Positions 1-8,304 of a stretch of DNA of 64,000 nt are shown here, piece after piece. The notes beneath the pieces were generated by a model. The model was not told the origin of the DNA and made no database searches. It worked only from the letters and a program-made list of their open reading frames with translations. The stretch comes from an uncultured Nitrospirales bacterium (GTDB lineage Bacteria; UBA10199; JADGCS01): assembly GCA_964609965.1 (NCBI GenBank), contig CAZSTS010000003.1, positions 199,537-263,536 of the forward strand, written 5' to 3'. The stretch's first letter is position 1, and each line of letters opens with the position of its first letter. A program made the translations under genes and the position numbers.

Positions 1-87
1 ATAGAAGTAATTTTAAAAAAATCATCAAAAAGTATGGAGTAAAATAAAATCAGTTTTGATTATTGTATTTAGAAAAAGGACTATAAA

Positions 88-264
88 ATGAATCCCGTTA
101 GACCTTGGCACTATACATATGTTTTACTTAATGAGAAGGCAGGTAAATTTTATACAGGAGCTACATCTAATTTAAAAAATCGCCTCCACCCTGTTAGAGG
201 CTTTGCATCTAAGGGTGGTGGAGGCCTTGCCTCTAACGGGGTAAAAGGAGGTCTAACGGGATGA
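88..264 (+). other. 58-aa small ORF with a GIY-YIG-like N-terminal motif (YTYVLLNEKAGKFYTGATSNLKNRL). Possible nuclease remnant. Its stop overlaps the start of the next gene.
   Basis: Manual translation from ATG at 88. It is below the 60-aa cutoff of the ORF track. The motif resembles GIY-YIG/UPF0213 proteins, but the C-terminal half is glycine-rich, unlike the family, and spans a hairpin at 183-224. Confidence 0.25.
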
Positions 265-1634
265 ATAAGCAAACAGTAGTGATATCTGGAGATTGGGACG
301 AAGGGATAGATCTTGTAAAAGAGTGTCTTCAGGGATCAGCGTATGAAGCAATGATTACAGCACCATCAGAGGTGCGGGCGGTCTTAAAGAAGAGACTTTC
401 TGACATGTATATATTTTGCCTCAAAGGTGCCGTTGGAGACGTCTTTTTACGCATTAATGAACTAAGAAGAGCAAACGAATCTGTTCCCATATTTATATTT
501 TCAAAGGTCATTGATATCGAATTTATCGTTGCTAACATTAAAAATAATGTGAACGATTTTTTTGTACGTCCTTTAAATAAAGAAAAACTTTTAAATAAAA
601 TAGGAAGAGAGCTTCATCTTTACCAGCTCACAAAAAAAGTTTTTATGAGCACATCTTCATCTTTGGATGATAGTCATTTTGAGAACATGATAGGCTGTTC
701 TAAACAAATGCAAGACAATTTTCAGATGATCTCTGTTGTGGCAAAATCTAATGCTACTGTTCTTATCACAGGAGAATCTGGTGTTGGAAAAGAGTTGGTT
801 GCCAAAGCTGTGCATCGTTGCTCAGAGAGGGCAGGAAGTCGTTTTGTAGATTTAAACTGTGGCGCTATTCCCAAAGAACTATTAGAAAATGAACTTTTCG
901 GACATGAAAAGGGCGCATTTACGGGCGCGCATAGAAGGTATCAAGGAAGCTTTGAAACGGCACATCAAGGCACGCTTTTTCTAGATGAAATTAGCGAAAT
1001 GGATGTTATGTTGCAGGTTAAATTGTTACGTGTTTTGCAGGAGAGAACTATTACGCGCATTGGAAGTAATGAGAACATTAAGGTCGATGCTAGAATTATT
1101 GCTGCTACCAATCGAAAAATTCATAAACTTATCGAGGATGGCCTTTTTAGAGAAGACCTGTATTATCGTCTCAATGTGGTCAATATAGATATACCTCCTT
1201 TAAAGGAGCGCCGAGATGATGTTCCTTTGTTGGCTATGCATTTTTTGGAGTACTATTCTGCAAAGAATAACCGTATTTTTCTCGATTTTTCAAATGACGC
1301 TATGGAAGCTTTGATCAACTATGATTGGCCAGGCAATGTGAGAGAGTTAGAGAATACTATCGAACGTTTAGTGGTTCTCCATGATAGTTCTCAAGTTAAG
1401 GCTAGTCATTTGCCACCACATATTCAAAATGTGGATTGTGCTATTGGTTATAGTGATGAAGCTCAATCTTTGCAGGGTGATGGTAAGATTATTCCTTTAG
1501 AGGATTTAGAGCGGCAAGCCATTGAAGCGGCTCTTATGAAATTCCAAGGAAATATAACTATAGCGGCAAAAAAACTAAAGATAGGACAAGCAACGCTATA
1601 CCGCAAAGTTAAAAAGTTTGGTTTGCAAGTTTAA
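261..1634 (+). CDS. Sigma-54-dependent transcriptional activator (NtrC/Fis family) with an atypical N-terminal pseudo-receiver domain
   Basis: AAA+ sigma-54 interaction domain with Walker A GESGVGKE, the GAFTGA motif and an ESGVGKE/ELFGHEKGAFTGA region. C-terminal Fis-type HTH (AAKKLKIGQATLYRKVKKFGL). The N-terminal receiver-like fold lacks the canonical phospho-acceptor Asp. RBS AAGGAGG lies upstream. Confidence 0.9.
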   Translation: MNKQTVVISGDWDEGIDLVKECLQGSAYEAMITAPSEVRAVLKKRLSDMYIFCLKGAVGDVFLRINELRRANESVPIFIFSKVIDIEFIVANIKNNVNDFFVRPLNKEKLLNKIGRELHLYQLTKKVFMSTSSSLDDSHFENMIGCSKQMQDNFQMISVVAKSNATVLITGESGVGKELVAKAVHRCSERAGSRFVDLNCGAIPKELLENELFGHEKGAFTGAHRRYQGSFETAHQGTLFLDEISEMDVMLQVKLLRVLQERTITRIGSNENIKVDARIIAATNRKIHKLIEDGLFREDLYYRLNVVNIDIPPLKERRDDVPLLAMHFLEYYSAKNNRIFLDFSNDAMEALINYDWPGNVRELENTIERLVVLHDSSQVKASHLPPHIQNVDCAIGYSDEAQSLQGDGKIIPLEDLERQAIEAALMKFQGNITIAAKKLKIGQATLYRKVKKFGLQV

Positions 1635-1752
1635 CCCGCAGTGCGGACTAGTTAAAATCTTGGCGGCTTGTCTTCTTAAAGAAAGCTTAACTAGGTCGCT
1701 TGTGGTTGAGCAGTTAATTCACTGCAGTATTTTTATTTGAAAGAGGTTACTT

Positions 1753-2091
1753 ATGATTTCAGAAGTCAAAAAACAAAACGATGTTGCTATTGTAACTCTT
1801 AATGGTTCATTAGATGTTTCACATCAAAAAATGCTGAAAGACAAGCTTGTATCAGCATCTGATATACAAGATAATGATATAGTTTTAGATTTTTCCAAGG
1901 TGACATTTATAGATAGCTCTTGTTTGGGAACATTGGTTTCTTTGGCCAAAACTCTTAGAGAGAAAAAAGGAGATATTAAGCTTTCCAATTTGTCAGATGA
2001 TGTAAGATCGATATTTCAGATCACACGCCTTGATAGAGTTTTTGATATTTTTGATAATAATGAAGATGCGGTAACAGGTTTTTATAAGTAA
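1753..2091 (+). CDS. STAS-domain anti-sigma-factor antagonist (SpoIIAA/RsbV-like)
   Basis: 112 aa in a typical STAS layout (LDFSKVTFIDSSCLGTLVSL). Sits immediately upstream of a kinase/phosphatase partner. Confidence 0.8.
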   Translation: MISEVKKQNDVAIVTLNGSLDVSHQKMLKDKLVSASDIQDNDIVLDFSKVTFIDSSCLGTLVSLAKTLREKKGDIKLSNLSDDVRSIFQITRLDRVFDIFDNNEDAVTGFYK

Positions 2092-2096
2092 ATCCT

Positions 2097-3758
2097 ATGC
2101 GAGCAACAGTCCCCTTTAAAATCACCTCAGATAATGACATAATGAGCGTTTTTGAGAATTCATTTCAAAAGCTCCAAAAAGCTCAGGAAAAAATATTTTT
2201 TTCGAGCCGTCTTTGTAATGATATTAAAATAGCCTTTATCGAAGCTGTAGCAAATGCTGTCAAACATGCTGGAGAACTAAAGAAGCACGGTGCTGTCGAG
2301 GGTAAGTTTGTCTTGGATGATAAAGTCATTGGGTTTGAAGTCTACGATCACGGAGCAGGATTCGCTATTGACGAAATTCCCGTGCCCAATCTTAATGATC
2401 TTAAGGCTTCTGGCCGTGGTGTTTTTATGATGAAGCAACTTGGGGATATTGTGACTTATCGGGAGCAAAAAAATCACAACACTTTGCTTTTTAAAAGAAA
2501 TCTTGTTGGTCATCATGGGAGTTCTCGCGAGCTTGATTTACTTTATGATCTTAGCGAAGCCATTATTAGTAATGCGAGCAAAGAAGAAGTTTACCAAATT
2601 GTACTAGGACAGGCCTTAGAGCTGTTTCATGTAGAGAGAGCTTCGATCCTTATTTATGATGAAAAGGAAAAGGTGCTCAAAGTAGCTGCTAGCCGAGGGA
2701 TTCCTCAAAAAGTGCAGAAGCAAACATCGGTGCGCTCAGGTGAAGGCGTGAGTGGTTATGTTTTTCAACACTCAAGACCCTTGCTCATAGAAGATGTTGA
2801 TAGAAATACTCGCGGCATAGAAAAAAAGGAACATTATAAAACATCATCTTTTATTTCAGCTCCTATGATCTGTTCACCACTGAGGTTAGATGAGAAGCCC
2901 ATTGGTGTTATAAATCTCACAGATCGCATTGATGGCAAAAGCTTTACAAAAAAAGACCTCAAATTGCTTTCTACAATAGCCAATCAAGCGATGGCCTGTT
3001 TGTATATTAGGGGGTTGGTAGATGAAATCAAAGAAAAGAACAGGCTTGAACAAGAGATGGAGCAGGTTCGTGTTATTCAAAGTTCTTATTTGCCAATAAA
3101 GCCACCAAAAGTGCCAGGGTATAAAATAGCTGGTCGTTGTGAAATGGCTCAATCAGTTGGTGGAGATTATTTTGATTTTCTGTATTTTGATCCACTGCTG
3201 TATCTTGTTGTGGCCGATGTTTCTGGCCATAATACAAGCAGCGCTGTGACCATGGTCAATTTTCGTTCTCAGCTCAAAGCTTACCTTAATGAGTTGTCAG
3301 ATCCTGCCAATATATTAACTAAACTTAATAAATCCCTTTATCACGATCTCACTCATGCGGAGCAATTTGTATCATGTTTGCTGGTCAAAATTCATACAAA
3401 AACAGGGCAGTTTGAATTAGCTAATGCGGGTCATTATCCTCCTGTCTTTCTAAAAACTCATGTGCCCATTACTGAGGCAGGTATTGTGCTTGGTGTTCAA
3501 GAGAATGAGGAATACAAAACAATAAAAGGTAAGATCAATCAAGACGATGGCATGATTATGTACACAGATGGCGTGATCGAAAGCATGGATGGAGAGTGCA
3601 ATGTATTTGGTTTGAGTCGACTTCATGAGATAGTTTCAAACAAAAGTTCTGATGCCAGTCAGGTTTTAGTGGATCATATTATTGATTCTGTATTAGGCTA
3701 TAGAGCGAGTGCTGGTGTGTTGGATGACATTACTGTTGTGGGAGTGAGAAGAGGTTAA
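2097..3758 (+). CDS. Fused RsbW-like serine kinase (HATPase) / GAF domain / PP2C (SpoIIE/RsbU-like) phosphatase
   Basis: N-terminal N-box (EAVANAVKHAG), G1 (DHGAGF) and G2 (GRGVFMM) boxes. Central GAF-like region. C-terminal PP2C motifs (GDYFDF, ADVSGHN, YTDGV, DDITVVGV). Confidence 0.8.
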   Translation: MRATVPFKITSDNDIMSVFENSFQKLQKAQEKIFFSSRLCNDIKIAFIEAVANAVKHAGELKKHGAVEGKFVLDDKVIGFEVYDHGAGFAIDEIPVPNLNDLKASGRGVFMMKQLGDIVTYREQKNHNTLLFKRNLVGHHGSSRELDLLYDLSEAIISNASKEEVYQIVLGQALELFHVERASILIYDEKEKVLKVAASRGIPQKVQKQTSVRSGEGVSGYVFQHSRPLLIEDVDRNTRGIEKKEHYKTSSFISAPMICSPLRLDEKPIGVINLTDRIDGKSFTKKDLKLLSTIANQAMACLYIRGLVDEIKEKNRLEQEMEQVRVIQSSYLPIKPPKVPGYKIAGRCEMAQSVGGDYFDFLYFDPLLYLVVADVSGHNTSSAVTMVNFRSQLKAYLNELSDPANILTKLNKSLYHDLTHAEQFVSCLLVKIHTKTGQFELANAGHYPPVFLKTHVPITEAGIVLGVQENEEYKTIKGKINQDDGMIMYTDGVIESMDGECNVFGLSRLHEIVSNKSSDASQVLVDHIIDSVLGYRASAGVLDDITVVGVRRG

Positions 3759-3769
3759 GAAAAAAGAGA

Positions 3770-5020
3770 ATGGCAGATAATTTAAAATCTTTTTATCAGC
3801 ATCTTGATAAAATCAGTGACCGTGGTGTGCGGGCAGGTTTAGAACGCATAGAAAAGGCCATGCAGATATTAGGTCATCCTGATCGAAATTATAAAATCAT
3901 ACATATTGCGGGCACAAATGGAAAAGGAACCGTTTGCAGTTTCATTGCACAATTACTAGCGAAAAGTGGGTATAAGGTTGGTTTAACGTTGTCTCCTCAC
4001 GTAGATGACTACCAAGAGCGAATCCAGGTTTCTCATCAAACAAACTCAAAACTAGGTCTTATTCCAGAGCAGGATCTCATAGATACACATGAGGTTCTTC
4101 TGGACAAACTCCCAGATTCATTAGGGCTCACTTATTTTGAATGGGGTGTTTTGTTGGCATTACAATATTTTTCTGATCAATCAGTGGATTTTGCTGTTTT
4201 AGAAACAGGCTTAGGAGGGCGATGGGATGGCTCAAATGTCATCACTCACTCTGTTCTGTCCGGTATTACAAGTATTGGTCTGGATCACATGGATTACCTG
4301 GGTGAGACAACTCAAAAGATACTAATGGAAAAACTACAGATTGTGAGACCAAAATCAGATTTTCTCTTTTTTTCAACTGGTTCCAAAGAGGGGGATTTAT
4401 TAAATACAGCTAAGAAGTTTTGTGAGGAAAGAAATACAAAGATTCATTTTGCAAAAGAGCATTATCATTGCTTTGATCGGGAGCTTCCAAAAGATAATTT
4501 ACCAACGTGTTTTCGTGAAAATCTTTTATATGCCTTAGCAGCAGGCAAGATTTTGGAGAAACAGGGTTTTAATATTCAATACGATGATTTTTTAGAGGGT
4601 GACGTTTCATTGCCTCCAGCCAGGTTAGAAACCATATCAACTCACCCTTTGATCATTCGAGATGGAGCTCATAATGAACCAGCTCTTCGACTCTTAAAAG
4701 CATATCTTGAAGAAAAGCTTCACAATGATTATGATCTTGTTTTTGGTTGTTTGAAAAGTCGTGATTTTTTAAAGCTGGCTAAGATTGTTTTGTCCTCTCA
4801 TCAAAATTACTGGACTGAATTTGAGGCGGGTCCACGGACAGCATCCAAAGAGGTTTATGATAGGGCCAAAGCATTGTATGGAGGAGAGGTTGTATCCATA
4901 GGAAATCATTTAAAAAACCAGCTTCTTTCACGTAAAAAAAGTAGACCTGTACTCGTGTGCGGTTCGTTCTATTTATGTTCACAGTTTAAGGAAATGTGGG
5001 AAACTGGGTCGAAGGTCTAA
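3770..5020 (+). CDS. folC: Folylpolyglutamate synthase / dihydrofolate synthase (Mur ligase family)
   Basis: P-loop GTNGKGT, Mur ligase middle domain (LETGLGGRWD) and C-terminal DGAHN motif. Confidence 0.85.
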   Translation: MADNLKSFYQHLDKISDRGVRAGLERIEKAMQILGHPDRNYKIIHIAGTNGKGTVCSFIAQLLAKSGYKVGLTLSPHVDDYQERIQVSHQTNSKLGLIPEQDLIDTHEVLLDKLPDSLGLTYFEWGVLLALQYFSDQSVDFAVLETGLGGRWDGSNVITHSVLSGITSIGLDHMDYLGETTQKILMEKLQIVRPKSDFLFFSTGSKEGDLLNTAKKFCEERNTKIHFAKEHYHCFDRELPKDNLPTCFRENLLYALAAGKILEKQGFNIQYDDFLEGDVSLPPARLETISTHPLIIRDGAHNEPALRLLKAYLEEKLHNDYDLVFGCLKSRDFLKLAKIVLSSHQNYWTEFEAGPRTASKEVYDRAKALYGGEVVSIGNHLKNQLLSRKKSRPVLVCGSFYLCSQFKEMWETGSKV

Positions 5021-5066
5021 TGAGGGCTCAAGGCTCAGGGCTCAAGGTATAAGGTCAAAATTGGGG
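5008..5066. repeat. Degenerate tandem heptanucleotide array (gagggct caaggct cagggct caaggta taaggtc ...)
   Basis: Visible 7-nt periodicity directly after the folC stop codon. Confidence 0.7.
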
Positions 5067-5071
5067 GTTAA

Positions 5072-6073
5072 ATGAAAAAGATTATTATATTATTAGTGAT
5101 TAGTTTGCTTATTCCTTTTTCTGCTTATGCAGAAGTTTCACAAACTTTATTAGGTGCGGTTCAGCAGCTTTATAATTCTAATTTTAGCTCAGCTAAGAAA
5201 ACCGCTGATAATCATATTGCGGCTCATCCAGATGATCCAGCCGGGTATCTTGTGAGAGGGATGGCCAATGAGTGGTATCAGTTGGCTCGCAACAAAGGAA
5301 AAACCTTAAACAAGAAGATCATGTCTGATTATCAAAAAGCAAGGCGTCTTGCTGATGCAGCTCTTAAAAAGGATAAAAACAATTTAGACAAAAAAGTCAT
5401 GCTTGGGAATGCCTATGTTTATATCTCTAAAAAACAGATTGATACAGGTCATAAGATGCAGGCTGGTTTTAGTCTCAAACAAGCTAAAAATTTGATGAAT
5501 GAAGTTTTAGCATCAAATCCTGGAAATCAAGACGCTAATTTTGCTGTTGGATTGTTTAATTATTTTGCGGCGAGTGTTCCTCCGGGTTTTCGTTGGCTGG
5601 CCAACTTGGTAGGGTTTAAGGGGAATCGAGCCAAAGGTTTGAGTCATTTACAAAAAGCAGTTTCGACAAGAAGCCTCACACAAAACGATGCTCTTTATAT
5701 GTTGTTTTATATTTATGGTCGAAAAGAAGGGGCTTTTTCAACAGGGTTAAACTATGCTAGTCGTTTGTATAAGTCATTTCCTTCAAACAAAGTTTTTCTG
5801 TTCAATTATGCCGAAATGCTTTTCAGAACAAAAAAGATACAAGAGTCACGAGGCAAGTTTCAAGAGTATTTTGATTACTGTGGCTCACATAAAAACTATT
5901 GCAGTCGCAATTTTCTTTTTCTTTCAAATTATTTCATGGCCTGGAGTTATATGGATGAAAAAGACTACGCAGGGGCTAAGGGGTATTTGATTCAGGCTAA
6001 AAAGCTAGACAAAAAGAAATATAAAAGTAGGACTACTGATATTAAAAAGTGGTCAAAGAAGGCAGGGATATAA
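5072..6073 (+). CDS. Secreted TPR-like repeat protein
   Basis: N-terminal signal peptide (MKKIIILLVISLLIPFSAYA) and helical-repeat-like composition. No catalytic motifs. Confidence 0.5.
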   Translation: MKKIIILLVISLLIPFSAYAEVSQTLLGAVQQLYNSNFSSAKKTADNHIAAHPDDPAGYLVRGMANEWYQLARNKGKTLNKKIMSDYQKARRLADAALKKDKNNLDKKVMLGNAYVYISKKQIDTGHKMQAGFSLKQAKNLMNEVLASNPGNQDANFAVGLFNYFAASVPPGFRWLANLVGFKGNRAKGLSHLQKAVSTRSLTQNDALYMLFYIYGRKEGAFSTGLNYASRLYKSFPSNKVFLFNYAEMLFRTKKIQESRGKFQEYFDYCGSHKNYCSRNFLFLSNYFMAWSYMDEKDYAGAKGYLIQAKKLDKKKYKSRTTDIKKWSKKAGI

Positions 6074-6077
6074 TATT

Positions 6078-6225
6078 CGTACAACACTAGTTTTTCTTCA
6101 TTTGCTGCGTTGGCCGTAACCTTAATTTAAGGCAAGAATTAACAAAAAAGCTAATCTATCATAAAGACTAATTCGGGTTCGTTAGGCAGAACTTACAAAT
6201 TCAGAAAAACTAGTATTGTACGAAA
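6078..6225. mobile_element. MITE-like or structured element of about 148 bp bounded by 19-bp inverted repeats (tcgtacaacactagttttt / aaaaactagtattgtacga)
   Basis: Terminal inverted repeats at 6078-6096 and 6207-6225 with one mismatch. Located between convergent genes. Confidence 0.45.
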
Positions 6226-6241
6226 TGGTGTTGTTTGGGGA

Positions 6242-6460
6242 TTATTTATAGATATACTTTTCTTCTTCATCTTCAAAAAAACTTTTGATGTATGTGAGAA
6301 CGTTCTCCCACGCAGAAGCTTTTTCTTCTCCTTGGTCGGTGTATTTTTGTGCCTCAGGGTTTTCGTCTAGGATGTATTGATCGAGTTTTGGGAGAACATA
6401 GTAATGGAGGACGAGAAGACAAACAAAAATGAAAAGTAGCCATTTTTTCATGGCTTTCAC
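6242..6460 (-). CDS. Small exported protein (72 aa) co-transcribed downstream of the metalloprotease
   Basis: Signal-like N-terminus and acidic C-terminus. Its start abuts the stop of the upstream gene. Confidence 0.4.
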   Translation of the reverse strand: MKAMKKWLLFIFVCLLVLHYYVLPKLDQYILDENPEAQKYTDQGEEKASAWENVLTYIKSFFEDEEEKYIYK

Positions 6461-8032
6461 TTACATCGTTTTAGGAGATTCTTCAATTAACTTTCTTCTC
6501 CTTTGCAAGGGAACAAATATCAATAAAAGGCTGAGTAATATAAGAAAGAGAGTGTAATTTTGAGGGGTTGCTTTAGTTTTGAGTGAACAGCTTGATAGGT
6601 TTGTTGTTTCGTCGGTAGAGTTCAGTGAAGCAGAAATATCAATCTCATCAATCAAGCTAACTAGAGCTTTATTATTAAGGGATCCTTCAAGAGGGCAATA
6701 CATGTCATCGTCATCTGCCATGTGAAAATTAGAGTTTTCTTCAAAGTAAGTGTAGCTAATTCTGTCTAGAGAGGCATCAATAGCTGTCCGTGAAGCCAGT
6801 GTGATGTCGATGTTTTGAATGTTGCTACTATTAATTCTCACAAAACTGTAATTGTCATTATCTTCGTTTGACATATCATTTTCATTATAAAATTCAGCTC
6901 TTCCTTGAATGTCTGCTAAAGAAGAATCAAATCTTGCAATGGATGTGGCAAATAATTCCGGAATTTCTTGAACATCCACTGTATAATCTCCTGAATTCAG
7001 AAGGGGAATAATGTAAATCCCTAGGTCATCATCATCTAAACAGTTTTGAATATTAAAATGGCTTGAAGTGCCATTATTTGCTGTCGTGCTCGAATTGCTG
7101 CAGATAATACTAGTGGCTTGCGAATAAGTTTCGCAGAGAGGAGATTCGTTATTTCTGATACTCACAACAAGTGTATCCATGGGAGTTCCATTTGCATCAG
7201 TGACTTCGCCAGATATGCTGTTTTCGATTTCTGCACCGTACATCCATTGCAATGTGGCAATATCGTCAGGGTGAAGGCTAATGAGATGTGCACCAGTTCC
7301 TCTGATAAAGCGAGGAAACATGGTGGGGAGATAGCGAGCATAATGAGTATCGATTGTTCCAGAGAGAATATCCTGATACATTTGGTAATGCGAGAGAGTG
7401 TGATCAAGACCTATGACGTGGCCTAGTTCGTGTACGATGATGGCGAATAGATCTATGAGTTCCAAATCCTGGACAGCGTCTGATTGGTCATTATAGTAGA
7501 GTCCATTAATGAATAGATGGGAGCTGATAATGTACTCGGGATTATTGTAGGATCCTTTGATACCTGTTAAAGATTGAGCTCCAGAAGCTCCTTCACTTCC
7601 TTTGGCTTCCAAAATTTCACCGGTATTATCAAAGCCAATAACGATGTAATTATCTCTTTGTGAGTTTGTGGTGAGGTCTGTATTTGTGGGATTGGCTTCG
7701 GCGTAGATGTGATTGCCTGCGATTGATTCCCAATTATCGATTGTAATTTCTTCTTCTTCTGTTCCAATATATTCAAATTCAATGCCTGTATCAGAAACAC
7801 TTTCCCAGATACTAAAGGCTTCTTGTACGAGGGCGAGTGATTGTTCAAAACTCAATTTGCCTAAACCCTTTGGATCAACTTTGTATTTGATTGTTTTAGA
7901 AGTGTCCCAGACAAGAGGTGTGTCTTGGCTCGCCATGTAAAGAGGATTGCCTGCGTAAACTTTTGGAGTGCCGAGCACTGAAAAGAGTACGATAAAAATC
8001 ATCAATAAGAAAATGTGTGAAAATCGAACCAT
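6461..8032 (-). CDS. Secreted zinc metalloprotease of the metzincin type with a C-terminal hydrophobic anchor and basic tail
   Basis: Signal peptide. HELGHVIGLDH matches HExxHxxGxxH. The C-terminus ends in FLILLSLLLIFVPLQRRRK, which could be a sorting signal. Confidence 0.75.
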   Translation of the reverse strand: MVRFSHIFLLMIFIVLFSVLGTPKVYAGNPLYMASQDTPLVWDTSKTIKYKVDPKGLGKLSFEQSLALVQEAFSIWESVSDTGIEFEYIGTEEEEITIDNWESIAGNHIYAEANPTNTDLTTNSQRDNYIVIGFDNTGEILEAKGSEGASGAQSLTGIKGSYNNPEYIISSHLFINGLYYNDQSDAVQDLELIDLFAIIVHELGHVIGLDHTLSHYQMYQDILSGTIDTHYARYLPTMFPRFIRGTGAHLISLHPDDIATLQWMYGAEIENSISGEVTDANGTPMDTLVVSIRNNESPLCETYSQATSIICSNSSTTANNGTSSHFNIQNCLDDDDLGIYIIPLLNSGDYTVDVQEIPELFATSIARFDSSLADIQGRAEFYNENDMSNEDNDNYSFVRINSSNIQNIDITLASRTAIDASLDRISYTYFEENSNFHMADDDDMYCPLEGSLNNKALVSLIDEIDISASLNSTDETTNLSSCSLKTKATPQNYTLFLILLSLLLIFVPLQRRRKLIEESPKTM

Positions 8033-8195
8033 AGTATTAAAGTCAAACTACCTTAAATATTTAGTTATTAGATAGATACTTATCTTTTCGTCAATTTTCA
8101 CCAAAAGTTGTGTGAAGGACGTGATGTTTATAAAAAATGTGAATAACTATGTAACCAATTGATATTATTAAAATTAACAGGTGTCAATTTCTCGT

Positions 8196-8275
8196 TTTTC
8201 GTAGGGGTAGGCCTTGTGCCTACCCGAATATTATTATCAATTTTACGGGCGCCCACAAGGGACGCCCCTACAGTT
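8196..8275. ncRNA. Structured intergenic element with two adjacent hairpins (gggtaggc-cttgt-gcctaccc and gggcg-cccacaaggga-cgccc) whose loops are complementary (CTTGTG/CACAAG), enclosed by gtagggg/cccctac
   Basis: Base-pairing seen directly in the sequence. Located between the murJ stop and the metalloprotease start. Confidence 0.35.
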
Positions 8276-8304
8276 AATATCCAAGTTTATTCTTTTAATC
8301 TGAT

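Noticed and set aside
329-3152. Small antisense or internal ORFs inside the sigma-54 activator and RsbW-GAF-PP2C genes (329-538, 985-1188, 2277-2516, 2886-3152)
   Set aside because: They are fully nested in well-supported genes and have no RBS. Typical frame noise.
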